From Pseudogymnoascus verrucosus (lineage: Eukaryota): DNA of 64,000 nucleotides. Of this stretch, positions 1 to 14,400 are shown piece by piece; position 1 is the stretch's first letter, and the number at the start of each line of letters is the position of its first letter. Below the pieces are notes generated by a model. It saw nothing but the letters and a program-made list of their open reading frames with translations, was not told where the DNA came from and did no database searches. The DNA is taken from the NCBI GenBank assembly GCA_001662655.1, contig KV460206.1. One strand, written 5' to 3'. The position numbers and the translations under genes are program-made.

Positions 1-3000
1 GATCTTCGTTGATACCGAGCACGCAGGCTCCCTCGCACGGTGCTGGGCAAACACGGCCTGTAAACTCAGGGAAGTTGTTTGTCATGATAAGCCTGTTCAA
101 AGCATCCTTCCATTGGTTCTGGAAAACGAGCTCATTCCACTTTGGAATGATGTTCGATATAGGACATCCCGAGTCAGACTGGCAGAAGGGCACGCCACAA
201 TCCATGCAGCGAGCGGCTTGGTACTTGAGCTCATCCTCATCGAGACGTTTAGAAAGTTCAGCCCAATCACGAGTTCTTGTTTTCGCCGAACGGTACTTTT
301 CCGAGCGCCGTTGGTATTTCATGAATCCCTTTGTTTTATCAAGGACCAAGGACCGTTTTTTCTCTGCGGCAGCATCGCCAACTGTCTCTTCTATATCTTG
401 AAGATCCTGTTTCTTTCCATGTGCATGATTGCCCGAGGCACCTTCACGCGACCCTCGGTCTTCAGCTTTATGCAAGAGAGGTAACTGAAATTCGGCTTGT
501 TTTGCCTCAGCTGCTTTCGCGGCTTCTTCAGCAAGAACTCTCTTATAGTCGACGGGCAGTACTTTTATGAAGCGCTTAAGTGCGCGATTGAAGTCTAGCA
601 GAATGCGGGCGGCAAGTTCGGACCCAGTGTAGTGATGGTGATCTTCTACCAGTCCACGGACAAACGCTATTTCCGCAGGATCGTCGATGGCAGAAGCTTC
701 AACCATCTCCATATTGAGTTTGGACATGAAGTCTTGGTGTATATCCAAAACGTAAGCAATACCGCCAGACATTCCAGCAGCAAAGTTGCGTCCTGTACTT
801 CCGAGAATGAGAACTCGGCCACCAGTCATGTATTCGCAGCCGTGGTCACCAACGCCCTCAACAACAGCTGTAACACCTGAGTTACGCACTGCGAAGCGCT
901 CTGCAGCCATGCCTCGAAAAAAGACGGACCCGCCTGTGGCACCATAGAGGCAAACATTCCCGACAATCACATTTTCCTCGGCTTTGAAGACAGCTGCCCG
1001 GGAAGGATAGATAATCAAGCGACCGCCAGAGAGGCCTTTCCCGACATAGTCGTTGGCATCGCCCTCGAGCTCCAACGTAATACCAGGGGCAAGGAAAGCA
1101 CCAAATGACTGCCCGGCAGACCCCTTAATGTTCACGTGAACAGTATCCATCGGTAGGCCCTCCTCGCCATACCGTTTCGACACCTGATAGGACAGCGAAG
1201 TCCCCATAGCACGGTCAGTGTTAATGACATCGCACTCGATGCGTGATGGTAGGCCCTTATCTAGCGTCAATTCAGCTTCGGAAATGAGCTTATTATCAAG
1301 CCTAACATAAAGGCGGTGATCTTGTTTGCGCACATTGAATGTCGCGACACCAGGGCGTAACTGGTGGGCTGGTGTTAAAATCAGCGACAGATCTATGTTG
1401 GCTGTTTTGGGAGTCCGTAAGTCATCGCGGACACGGAGGACCTCTGCATGCCCAACCATTTCATTGATCGTTCGGAATCCAAGCTTGGCCATGATGGCAC
1501 GAAGCTCGTTGGCGATATAGTAGAAGAAATTGATCACATCTTCTGGTGCACCCTTGAATTTCTTACGAAGCTCTGGATCTTGAGTGGCAATGCCGACGGG
1601 GCAAGTATTCAGATGACATTTGCGCATGAAAATACACCCCATTGCAATGAGAGGTGTTGTAGCAAATCCCCATTCTTCGGCGCCGAGAAGACAGGCAATA
1701 GCGACGTCTCTGCCAGTTCGCAGCTGCCCATCGGTTTGTACAACGACACGTCCTCGAAGGTCATTGAGCACTAGAGTCTGATGAGTCTCTGCCAGCCCAA
1801 GCTCCCATGGTAAGCCGGCATATTTGATACCAGTCCACCTAGATGCTCCGGTACCACCGTCATGTCCGGAGATCAAAATATGATCTGCTTTGGCTTTTGC
1901 AACCCCTGAAGCAACAATGCCAACCCCGGTTTCAGATACCAGCTTCACCGATACTCTGGCTCGAGGGTTTGAACACTTTAAGTCGTAAATCAGTTGTTTG
2001 AGATCTTCGATAGAATAAATATCATGATGGGGTGGCGGGGAGATCAGCCCAACACCAGGTGTAGAATGACGTGTCCGGGCAATTGATTTTGATACCTTGT
2101 GGCCAGGAAGCTCGCCACCCTCACCCGGTTTAGCACCTTGGGCCATCTTGATCTGTATCTCGTCTGAGTCCGCAAGGTAATTTGATGTCACACCGAAGCG
2201 TCCGGAGGCAACTTGCTTGATCGCGGACCTCATCGTATCGCCGTTCGGCATTTGCTTGGAACGCTCTGGATCTTCTCCGCCTTCACCAGTATTCGATTTC
2301 CCACCTAGGCGATTCATCGCAACAGCAAGAGTGGAATGGGACTCCATGGATATGGATCCATAGGACATGGCGCCTGTGCAAAATCGGCGAACAATTTCGG
2401 TCCAAGGCTCGACTTGGTCAATCGGAACTGGAGTACACTCATCGAATTTGAAGTCCAAGAGACCACGGAGCGTGCACGACTTAATCGACTCATACTCGGA
2501 AAGCGAATATGCTTCATAAGACTTGTCGTTTTTTGTTCTTACTGCATCCTGTATATTGGCAATCGATGTAGGGTCATTGATATGAGGTTCTCCTCCATCG
2601 CGCCAATGGTATTCACCAGACTCTGGTAACCCAGGAATACTAGTTGTCGAGCGCGAAGGAAATCCTTGTTCGTGGAATCTAAAGGCATCTTCGGCAATCA
2701 GCTCGAAGGTTATACCGCGGATCCGAGTTGCGGTTCCCTTGAAGCATCTCTCTACGACGCTGTCATCTACACCGAGAGCCTCAAAAATTTGAGCTCCTTT
2801 GTAGCTAGCCAATGTGGAAATGCCCATTTTGCTCATGACCTTCAAAATCCCGCCATCTGCGGAGTACTTGTAGTTCCGGATAAGCGTGTCGTCACTCAAC
2901 TTCTTTCTTATAAGTCCTTCGCGGTTAAGCTTCAGGATGCATTCCATAGCAAGATATGGGTTGATGGCGTCGGCGCCGTATCCGAGGAGAACACACATAT

Positions 3001-5397
3001 GATGGACCTCGCGGGCCTCCGCAGTTTCGATAACAATTGCTGCAAGCGATCTCCATTTATTGTTGACTAGATGATGATGGACCATTCCACAGGCGAGAAG
3101 AGCGGAAACGGGAACACGATCAGCAGAAGTGGCCCTGTCGGACAAGATGATAATGCGGTCCTTATTCTCAATCGCTGCCGTTGCTTCGCTGCAGATGTAA
3201 TCCAGGTGTCTGATATACCCCTGAACCCCTTCCTCTTTCTTGAAGGTGAGATCGATGACTTTGACTGTCCATTGCGGATGTAGCGTAGCGATATCCTTCA
3301 AGGCATTCAAGTCAGGGATCGATAGAACTGGCGTGGGGAGAAGTAAACGACTACACTGCGAGGCATCCATTTCAAGGAGGTTACCCTGCGGCCCAACGTA
3401 GCACTCCAAGGACATAACAATGGCTTCCCGAATGGGGTCGATTGGCGGATTTGTCACTTGGGCGAATAGTTGTCTAAAATATTCGTAAAGTAGACGCGGA
3501 GCTTGCGCTAGACATGCTAAAGGAGCGTCGTTTCCCATTGACCCTAGTGCCTCCTTCTCATCAGTGGCCATAGGGCCAAGGAGTAGACTGACTTGCTCGA
3601 AGGTGTAACCAAATGCCTTAAGCATTGGATCTTCTTGGATAGCAGAGCTGGTCGGTTTTGGAGCAAGATCAAGAACACCAGCCGTCGCAAATGTATCGTG
3701 AATTTTAGGCAGGCTTATTAGCTGATCCTGAAGCCATGCTTTGAAGTCATGGCGATTCGATACAGTTGCCTTCAACTCAGCATCATCAATGATGCGGCCA
3801 GCAAGCGTGTCGACTAACAGCATCTTTCCAGGCTGCAATCGACCTTTTTGAACAACACGTTCCGGGTCCACGCTGATGGTGCCAACTTCCGAAGCGCAAA
3901 TAATTCTATCGTCGTCCAAAACGTAGTACCGGCAGGGTCTCAGTCCGTTTCTATCGAGGTTGGCTCCGCAATATCTTCCGTCGGCAAATGTAAACAATGC
4001 TGGGCCATCCCATGGCTCCATCTGGCAGGCAGCCCACTCATAAAAAGCAGCTTTCGCAGGATCCATGGCAGGATTATCTTGCCATGCCTCCGGAATCATC
4101 ATCATGACGGCTTCTGGGAGAGACAGGACTCCATTTATTGTCAACAACTCGAGGACGTTATCGAATGCGGCCGAGTCGGATCCACCATGTTCAACAATTG
4201 GATATAGTAGTTCCAGCTCATCGCCAAAAACATCTGATTGCATCACACCCTCTCGAGCGCGCATCCAGTTCTTATTTCCACGAAGAGTATTGATTTCGCC
4301 TGAATGAGTAGTTAGATACCAAAGTTAAGCATAGTGGTGTAGAGGGTACTAACCATTATGGGCCGCCCATCTCAGTGGCTGAGCCCGATCCCAAGATGGA
4401 AAGGTATTCGTCGAAAATCTCGAGTGCACAAGAGCAAAGTGACCCTCGTAGTCTGCATTTACCAAATCATAGTAATACTGGTATACCTGGATAGGAGCAA
4501 GTTGCCCCTTATAGACGATGTTCTTATTGGATAGCGAGCATAAATAAAACCAATTGTGTGATCCAATGGTGTGGGTAGCACGCTTACGGAGAACATATAG
4601 TTGTCGTTCGAAGTGCTTTTCGTCAAATTGGTCAGGATCTGTAGTCTCTGGCGCATTTCCAGGGCCATACGCAGATGTAAGCACAACAAACGGTTGCAGT
4701 ATGACGGGTTCACGCGAAGCAGCCGCAGGGCCGAGAATAGTAGAATCCCTGGGGGGCTCGCGCCAACCCAAAATACGCAAGCCAAGAGACTCAGCGATAT
4801 TTACTAACTGCTTCTTGGAATCTTGTAAAACCTCTTCGTCTGGCTTGAAGAACAAGTTGCCAACTGCATATTGTCCCAGAGGAGGGAGTTTAATATCGGT
4901 CTCGCGCTCGAAGTTCTTAATGAAGAATTTGTGAGGAATCGATGTCATGACACCAGCGCCATCCCCATCTCGCGCATCAGAACCAACCGCCCCACGATGG
5001 GTCATGTTACAAAGCAAGTTCCGAGCTGCACAAAAAAGATTAGTTATCAAGATATCAAGCAGGAGGGCACACATACCATCGCTAACAATCTTGTGGCTGG
5101 CTTTGCCCTTGATATGGCTATTGTTTTATAAGCCATTGAGTCCAGACTGAAAGGATTATACTCACCAGGTAAATCCCACGCCACAAGCATCCTTCTCTAA
5201 TGCTGGATCATACAAGCCTCTAAATGTAAATTGATTAGTAAAATATAAGATCAATCATACAGAAAGACTTACTGCTTCACAGGAAGAGCTCCAGCCCACG
5301 ACTCATTGTCCTTGGTTTGGTATTCATACTGGTTGTAAGGCTCATTTTCGGCCTCAGTTTGAATATGTCTATCATCGAAATCGTCGACTCTGCCCAT
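1..5397 (-). CDS. GLT1: Glutamate synthase (NADH-GOGAT), 5' part; runs off the window's left edge
   Basis: ATG at 5397 ([13 protein letters not shown]...WAGALPVKQ), then short exons ([15 protein letters not shown]). GATase domain [16 protein letters not shown] / [17 protein letters not shown]. Long exon with FMN-domain motifs ([34 protein letters not shown]) and GXGXG repeats. Confidence 0.97.
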
Positions 5398-5680
5398 GTT
5401 AGGCAAGAGTCCCAACAAACGGGAGAACTGCGGGATGTTGCGTGGAACAGTTGGGTAAGGTAGTCTTGTTCCCAGCTACGTGAATATTGTTGTGTTCCCT
5501 GCTGTTATTTGAGGGTCATTAGCTATTTGGAACCCGCAAATATGTAATTGAAAGAGTTAAAAAAAAAGTGAGATTATGGGCTGATAAAATGGAGGGGTTG
5601 CTTTGTCTCGGATGATAGCTTGGAGCGGTCGCTGATAATCCGGTGCAGCTAAGTCCCAATGCAATCAATCAGTCGGACCC

Positions 5681-5690
5681 CCGTTACCGG
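5681..5690. promoter_or_regulatory. Candidate Leu3/LeuB-type Zn2Cys6 site CCGTTACCGG (CCG-N4-CGG) in the GLT1 promoter, among several GATAA sites
   Basis: Exact CCGN4CGG about 285 bp upstream of the GLT1 ATG. GATAA motifs near 5583, 5634, 5835, 5917, 6016 and 6115. Confidence 0.35.
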
Positions 5691-7450
5691 AAGCCGAGGC
5701 GCAAGAGGTAGCAAACAGGCTGCATAAACTCCTGAATAGATATGAAGATGAATTGATGCCTGGTCGATTGCGACTGATGTTGCATCTCCGGTGCGCGAGC
5801 ACCTTGGGGGTCCTTCTGGCACGAGCGATTGGCGATAAAGAGGAGATTGGTGATTCGTCGGGACCACCAAGCTTCCCCATGCCATGACAACACGAAAGAT
5901 GAACGCCAAACGGTCGGATAAGACCAGGGAAGGGATCTGATGTATTTACCTGCGATATTGATATCCTGAACTTTGTATTGAGCGCAAGACAAACCACACT
6001 GCCTGCGCATCAATGGATAATGTCCAATTCTATTCACAGTTGTCGAAGGTGAGCAGGCAAGAGGTTGAGCAGAGAGGTGATTCTGCAACAACAAGCAGAG
6101 GAAAAACGAGAGGGGATAAGGGAATGGGAAGAGAGATGAGGGAGGGCGGGGGGGGGGCACCAATAGGCAGGGCAGAGAGAAGGAAGTGAGGCTATGGTGA
6201 CTACGGAGTATGGTAAGGGTACTATGGTAAGGGTAGACGGGAGAAATAGGAGCAGCCCGGAAACAGAAGGGCAGCAGAGGATAGAGGTGCGCGGGATGAG
6301 GTTTAGCTGAGGTTTAGCTGAATAAAGCGAGTGGGCTGTATGGATGTTTTCTTCTGCGCTACTATGGTCTACGTACTATAGTGTAATGTATGTAATGTTA
6401 TTGTGGTGTATTATGTAGAGTACTATGGGGAAGATGTTAAAAAGACGATGGACCAAGATCTCCGTGTTGTAGAAGGCGTATGGCGAGTTGCACCGCATGA
6501 AGTTTAGCAGATACAGAGATACAGCATGAGTATAAGCATGGAGTACAAGTAGTTATATGTGGATTGCAGGCCAGTCTGAAGTACTCTATCATTAGTCTTG
6601 GCCTCTGTCATAACGGGGTACCCGGGTACAATAAGGCGGTTGGCGGGGGACAGGAAGTACCCCGCTAGGTAATATAAGCTCCTTCGCTTGTGAGATAGGG
6701 AAAGATGAGGTTTGGTGGTGTAGATACCGGAGGTGGGGGGCAATACATCAGTCACCATACTGAGTAATACCCAAGAGCTATGTGTGTTGCAACTGTAACG
6801 TTGATTCTGAATATACCCCAAGAATCGAAGAATCGAATATATACCTGGGGGAAGCTACCAGACTTGCCGACTCACATAGTAAAAGCAGGAACAGTATAGG
6901 TTATGGCCAATTGGGGTAGTGAGAGACTCAAGGAGTGTACAGAAAGTCATATATCACATGCAACTCGCGCTGCACCACTCCACATCACACCACACCACGA
7001 AAGTTGGAAAGTTGGAAACACCACCGACGTAACAGTAAGTACTGTACTTCCTGTATGTAGCATTGAGGCTCGTCGGAGTCGGAGTTTAAGGCGCGTCTCA
7101 TCCCTGGAAAGGCCAATAGAAGCGCTCGCATTTGGAAGACGCACCGGCCTATCAGATTGGATCTTAGGCGCTTGTCAACTTCCGTCCGTGCTCTGTTCTC
7201 GTTACTCCACATGCATGTGCCAACCTTAAAACTACCGTACTAGTTTCTAGTTTCACAAGTAAGTATAGTCGCAGCCTCGCCTTGGCATTACTCTATTGGC
7301 ATTGCTCTATTTACAAAAGGAAGGCCTATCACGCATCACGCACCACCACAACAAACACCAGCAACGACCTTGGTGATCTGAAATCCTCCCAATACGTCGA
7401 GATCACACAAGCTGCACCGTTGTCGGTCGCCCCTCCTCAGCTTCTTCGAG

Positions 7451-8539
7451 ATGATGTGCTCACTCCCCAGTCTTGCTCCACGAGATGTAGGTTGCCCTGC
7501 TAGCTGGTATCTACGCGATCTCTTGCTCACCTCTCATCTATAGTCTCACACACTGTGGTACTCCTCAAACCACCATACCAACGACTTCCCAGGTCAGCAC
7601 GACGCCATCACCAATGTCGACCACCTTTCTCCCAACGCGAGCTCCGGCCAGAATGCAGGGCCACATCCATTACGGCGGGGACAACAAGGACTTTCCAGTA
7701 GAACACCACTGGCGCGACTGCGTGCTGATGAACTCTATATGGAGCGCCGGAAACAAAACGTCCAAAATTATGGTAGCTCATGGATAAAACCGCCAGGGGT
7801 TGTCAAAAGCCTCCATCAGCTTCGCGAGGAGAAGCGCGAACTTGAGGAGCACCAAGAGGCGTTGCGACGCGAACAACTCGCCCAAGAGCTCGCCGAGGCC
7901 GAGGCGGCAGACGAACTCCTGCAGGGAGAAGGGGGCGATGGGGAGATGGAAGAAGCACGAGATCTTGACGACGATATTCCTGAAGCCGACATCACCGGGC
8001 TGGGCCAGGGTGAGTCGGGCAGCGAGGATGATTTGGACGCTGATGAATCTGCTGGAGCCACAATGGCACAACGAATTCCTGACGAAATGTATCGAGATGC
8101 GCTGGTACGCGGTAACGAAGGCCATAGCCACGGATATGGGAGTGAAGGCGGATTGGCATCTGAAGACGAGGACGGGTCCCAAATGCTTCAAGAGGACGAT
8201 CTCCTTCATGAGCAAGGTCTCGACGACAATGCGGACCTTGATATGGACATGGACATGGACGCTGATTTGGATAGTGGAGTTCCAGAGTCAGCTATGGGCG
8301 GTTACGAACACACGGACACCGAAGAGGAACTAACAAGTTCAAGTGACGAAAGTGAGGGCGAGGGGGGCTTGCCTTTTGGGCGGCGGGCGAATGAAGGTCT
8401 TCGTGAGAGCAGTGGATTCCAGAGCAGCCCAAGGTCGAGTAACCTCGCTCCTCGCACTCTAGGAAGCGACAGGAGGAACAGTTCATTTCGAGAGGTTGAC
8501 GACGATGGGTCTCACCACTCAAGTCAAAGTATCAATTAA
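7451..8539 (+). CDS. Anaphase-promoting complex subunit 15 (Apc15/Mnd2 family)
   Basis: Exon 1 MMCSLPSLAPRD, intron 7487-7543, exon 2 SHTLWY... in frame with ORF 7739-8539 (RRKQNVQNYGSSWIKPPGVVKS, acidic tail). Confidence 0.8.
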
Positions 8540-8753
8540 AAAGTGATAATCCCGGGTTGCATAATATTGATATTGCCCACTGTGGTATAACTGGATATCC
8601 GATTAAGAATATGTAGATGGTCTCGGAACACCACGCATTCTCAACTCTCTTGGCTGAAATGCTCAAATGTTATGCAGAGCTTGAATTGTACTTGACTTCA
8701 TCCCACAACTAGAATATTTATACACCTTCAACGCCATGTACCAATCCCGAAAT

Positions 8754-9740
8754 CTAGAACAGCCAGACGTAGATAAAGAGGAGCATCACGGCGGCGAAAA
8801 AGCCAACCCAAACCCTCCAGCCAACGCCCGTCTTCTCTGCCATGAGAAGCATTCTATTCATAGTTCCCCTTAATCTCACTCTGGTATTGTCAAATGAATC
8901 GTTCATCTTTTCGGCTAGCGCTGAGGATTCGCGGATCTCGTCGCCGATTGCAATCGTCATCTAAAAGCAAATTATCAGTGTCACTTTCCGGCGTTGGAGC
9001 TCCAAGGATACATACATCTTTTAACTGTTTCACCTTTCCCAGAATCCCCTCCACCTGCCCATCGTTTTGGCTTTCTAACTCGTTCAGAGTAGCATCGCTG
9101 TACTGTCCCCTAAAGTTTCCTACGTTATCACCTATCCTTTCGGCTTCGCCAAAGACACATCACGATGTGGAATCGAAGCGTGTGCCGCATATAATAATTC
9201 GTACCTTGAATTGGGTGTTGCTGGCCTATACGATTGCCTCTCGCCTCCCAGCGTTCCTGCTCCTCCACTGCCGCTGTATCCGTAACCACCATCGTTGCGT
9301 GGTGAAGCGTTTCCATTTTTCACCCGGCCAGCCCCGCCGCCATCGTATCCTTCGAAGAGAGCGCTGCGAGGATCTCTCTGGTGTAAAGAGGACGGTCCGA
9401 ACCTGCAAGTTTGAGTTAATGGGCTTCCATTTGGCACTTTCCTAGCTGATGACGTCGCGGAGTGATCAGAGAGGCCCAGGCGCGAACCGGCTGGGTTCGC
9501 CGTGCTCCTTGCTGCGACAGCGCAGACTGACAAGATCGATCATGATGTAGCTGAAGTAAACGCGTTCAGCTAGGCCGGCGACATCTTGGAAATAGCATAA
9601 GGATGCGTATGTTCGATGTTTGAAGCCTGGCTAGCGTGCAGCTCGCAACTTCGATGGCCTTTATCGGGTGATCTGGACACATTGTTTCGCCAAACGCAAA
9701 ACTCTCGGAAGAAGTACACACACACATACCTCGAGGCCAT
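8754..9740 (-). CDS. BET1: ER-Golgi Qc-SNARE Bet1
   Basis: 11-nt exon 1 (ATGGCCTCGAG, 9740-9730), 327-bp intron, exon FGPSSLHQRDPRSALFEGY, SNARE motif (ELESQNDGQVEGILGKVKQLKD-MTIAIGDEIRESS) and C-terminal TM anchor. Confidence 0.85.
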
Positions 9741-10331
9741 AGTTACGGCGGAGAAGATAAACTTGGACAGGAAGCTTGTAGTAGTTTGCCTGACAGACAG
9801 ACAGAAGTAGCTCGCTTCACAACACTAATCCCCGTCTAGATTGTCGATACTGGCTCAGAAAACCTGGGCATGGGCGATTGTCGATTTATGAGACGTATCG
9901 ATAATCCAGTGGCGAGAAATCAATCTTCAACCATCACCACAATTTGTCGTGTTGAAAGTTAAATATACTGGCGATTTGGGAAACCGTGTCACGTTTACAA
10001 TACTTATTACAATGCCAGAACTTTAGCACGTGCTACTTTCAGGAGAGCTCATTGTTGCCACTGCATGTATTTCAAGATCAACACGGAACGGCTGCAAATA
10101 AAGCGCAAAACATAACATCGTATTTGAAGGGCTCTCATTGACACCATAGTTTTATGGGTGGGCTGCTGAAAGGACAGGTTATGGGGGCAAACATGACGAC
10201 ATGAGAGGACGTATACTGCAATAGAAAGAGGAACGTTCATATGTAAGAAGGCTCATTGATCGCTGGCCAGACGCTTCTCATAGATTGATGGTGGATATCC
10301 TCATAGGAGCCCTTGTTTAAGTGCCCATGAT

Positions 10332-10815
10332 CTACTCGTCCATCTTATCTTCATCCGCTGGGGCTTCGAAATCTCCATCATCCTCCTCGTCCTCCTCATC
10401 CTCTGGAAGCTCCTGGGCTGCCTTGGCGAAGTCGATCTGGCGGCCACGAGTACGTCTGCCACCGCTGATGATGTTGCTGGTATCGATCTCCTCCATGTTG
10501 TCCTCATCGGCTTCGTCGACTATATGTGTTAGCAGTGTGGTCGGTCAGCGGTTTAAGCGTTTTCAAGATCATACCGACGGGAGCAGCCTATTATAAATGT
10601 TAGTTTAGTTTTCATGCATAATAAGGGTCGCAAGCTCAAATACTGACCTCATCGACCTCATCGTCACTGGTATCCTCCTCATCATCGTCTTCGCCCATGC
10701 TCACATCTTGGGTGGGGTCGGTAGCCTTGCCCTTTCCCTTGTCGTTTGAACCGGTCTCAGTTCCATGAGGATCGCCACCCTGGGCTTGAGTAGTTGAACT
10801 GTTGATTTCGGACAT
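10332..10815 (-). CDS. CHZ1: Histone H2A.Z chaperone Chz1
   Basis: Acidic spliced ORF from ATG 10815. CHZ motif EDNMEEIDTSNIISGGRRTRGRQIDFAKAA. Stop TAG at 10332-10334. Confidence 0.88.
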
Positions 10816-11428
10816 CGTGGGTGTCGTCGTTGGTACTTGAGGTAATTGACTGTACGATGGAGATTGAGAGTTGTGGCGAAGACAATTGGGTCTCAGCCAG
10901 AACCGTGTTTATGTGGAGTTGAGTCGCGAGCTCTGACGCGTGGGCGAGTTAGGTGGGGCAATATCATGTGACACAGCCTAGATCTTTCGGATTTAGGGAA
11001 CCTGGTTAGGTATGCGACACCGCTCCAGACAGGCCATGATCGCATCACGTTCATCTCGGTATCTCTTGATAAGGAACACCCTCGAATACGCGCTTCTATC
11101 GCATTTTCGTTTCCGGCTGCTTCGATTACTTTATTCTACCCTAATTGTTACTCAACATGATTTATACTTAGAAGATTAAACTACAATAGTATATAGTGGC
11201 ACCTCTGTCGCTCCTCAAGTGTTCGCCCACAACCGCCATCACTGAATTCGAACTGGAAATGATCCCAGAACATCTTGAAGGTTTCCGATTGTGACTGCAA
11301 ACGCAGCTTAGATCAGAGCAATAGCGATTGTCAAATTGATACATTCTGGTTTCAGATCAACACAGATCTAATGGGATGAACCAAGCCTCTATATCTCTGA
11401 CCGTCTTTCACATACAACTCGATAAACG

Positions 11429-14400
11429 ATGGAAACCTCCTTATCCCAGCCGATACTGGCACAGATCCTCCACCCTGGCTCACCTACAGAGCATATCACT
11501 GCTTTAAGGACCTTAAAGAATGATATTATTGGCCACCAACAGAGGAAGGAGACTTGGGTAGGCCTCGGAATTTTGGATTCGATAGTGCAAGCCTCGGCTT
11601 CCACAGAAAGCAGACAGGACAGCAAGTTGGGTCAGGAACCAGCATGGGATACCGAATCATTGAGCGAAGAGGAGACTCTGAGATTACAAGCTCTTTCCAT
11701 CCTTGGGAGCTTGGCATATGGTAAACAACCCTCAAGCCAAACCAAATTATGTTACACTACTAAAGCATATCAGGTGGACCACCATTCATAGAACCGTTGC
11801 ACTGTGCATTCGCTCTTCCTGCCATACTGTCGAACCTTTGTCCGTCTACAAACCCGCCACAATTGGTTGCGGCGGCGCTGCAGGCTCTGTCTAACTTGAC
11901 AGAGTCAACGTGCTTATCATTGGCATCAAGTACCTTCAGCATTACCTCGCTTGCCGATTCTATTTTCTCTACCTCTCATGTTGGCTCTATGTACAAAATC
12001 TTCAGCCAATCCTCGACATTACCTCATACACGCAGCCAAGTATGTCTTGCGGCATCTTTGATAAGTAAACTTTGTCAAAACGAACGCCATCGGTCAATCC
12101 TTGCCAATGCTGGTCTGTTAGATGCTCTTGCCACTAGACTGGCTGGAATTATAGCCATTCAGGGACTGGTTATTCCCGGGGCTGATGCGGCGGTGGAGAA
12201 AGAGGGCCTTTTAAACAAGTTCCCCTACGCAGAAGGTTCTGAGGGTGCCGATCTTGCGATCATTCTGGAATGCATCGGTGTTATTGTAGCCGATTCGAAG
12301 CTGCGAGCTTGCCAGCTTATTTATTCCAGTGCCATACTTGCTGTGTTCCCCCTTTTCCCAACAACTGATTTTGCTCCAAACCGATCAACCAAAGCAGAAT
12401 GGGCTGCCTACAATGCCTCTGACCCATCAGGCAGAGAGTTGCAAATGAATGCCGTCGATTATCTGATCCCCAACGTTTCTACGAGCTACACAAACAGTGT
12501 TTCTGGCATTGGTTCTGCATTTCCTCCCTTGGGAACACAAGGGCCGTCTGATTCCATCATGCAAGACAGCGGTTCCAAGACAGCCGCGTGGCCTCACCGC
12601 AACCTCGCGAGCACCGAACTACCACCAGGTAGTAGCGGGGTAGGTGACGCCGAAGAGCCTGAAAGCCCATTGGTACCATATTTGATATGGCTTACGAGGT
12701 CCAGCACTGACATTGGTCGGCTAATGGCAGCATACCTCCTGGCAGGGCTGTACAGGGCAGGGGTTACAGCTAAATCCAGAGAGATATCAATCGGGCTGCT
12801 GGTCATCCCGATACTGGTCGGTTTACTTGAACGCGCAGCGGAACACTCTACAACCAACGATGCACGACAGACTGCCAAACTGTGGCTGCTCATGGAACGC
12901 ACACCCGCAGTAATTGCGAAGCTGATTATCGACAGCGAATACCTACAAAAATCGGCGTACGAAGCTGGAATTATTAGCAAGCTTGCAAAGATGATGAAAT
13001 CTTCATATGACCGGGTGCCAACCAACCATGAAGCTCGTACGTGGTCATCAGGCGGCTCTTCGTCTGAGGTCGACAAGGATAGTGTGCATACGTCAAGGTC
13101 ATCAAAACTTGGAGACAGTGGGCTTTCCGCCCTTCTTGTTCACAAGATCAGGGTCCGCGAAAGCGTGCTTAGAGCAATTGCGGCTCTTGTTCCCTTTAAG
13201 GATGAATACCGAAAATCTATTGTGGATCAAGGAACTATGCCATTTATCGTCGAGTCACTAAAACCACACCCCGAGAAACCGTCACACAAAGTAAATGAGA
13301 AGTCAGAAACAACCCTGAAAACAAGCGCGGGCGAAGCATCTAGCCTTGACTCTGGGTTTGGTATAAACCCAACTTCTGTCCTCATCGCGGCTTGTGGCGC
13401 TGTTCGCCATCTGTCACGCTCAGTTAGCATATTGAGAACGACCCTGGTGGATAATGGAGTCGTTATGCCGATTTTTAATCTTCTGAGCCATGCGGATATC
13501 GAAGTTCAGATAGCGGCAACTGCGACGGTGTGTAATATTGTGACTGAGTTCAGTCCGATGCGTGAAGTATGATTACGTGAAAGCCACACATTGACTTTGC
13601 TGACAAGCTTCTAGACAATTTCGGCCGCTGGCGTTTTGAAAATCCTTTGCCAGCACGCGCACTCCGCCAACGTAAATCTTCGCCTTAATGCGCTTTGGGC
13701 GTTGAAGCATTTGGTGCAGTCCGCTGGAAATGATATCAAAATGGCGTGTGTCGAAGAACTTGGACAGGGTTGGCTCGTACAACTCATCTGTGAAGATACA
13801 GAGGATGATGCCGCTTATACGTCGTCCACGAGATCGACAGTTGTGGACCAGGACAATGATGTCCATATGAACTACTCAGACGACGAGGACTATAAGCAAA
13901 AAATGGCAGATAATGCAACTGGTGTGAGTTCCGCAAACAAAAGCCCAGGCTTTAGCCGAAAGTTCCCAGAGTCAGAAAGGGCCAAATCAATTTCAGGTTC
14001 CACGAGTCAACTTGTGAATTCTCGATTTGCTGCTCTTCAAAAAGGAGAGCTTAGCCTGGGCAAAAAAGCTCGGGAAAACGATACTGCCGTGCAAGAGCAA
14101 GGTCTTGACCTGATTCGAAATCTTATTGGCGCCTACAATAGTACTGGACCGGCCGAAAACTCCGATATGATTGACTTCCTCTTCCATTCGTTTGGCCAGG
14201 ACCAAATATTTGAAATCTTGGCGTCTAAGTTGAGGCCCAAAGTTATAAATCCTTTCAGCAAACGTGGTTCGGATATCGGAAGCGGCAATGGCGAGACAAG
14301 AATTGTACCTCCTCAGCCTGAAATTATCACATCCGTCGAATACATACTAGCTAACGTAGCTGCAAGTGTTCCTCGGCACCGACAGCAGGTTGTGGCCCAG

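Noticed and set aside
9..4934. Many plus-strand ORFs over GLT1
   Set aside because: Antisense shadows of the long minus-strand CDS, which the track misses because it runs off the window.
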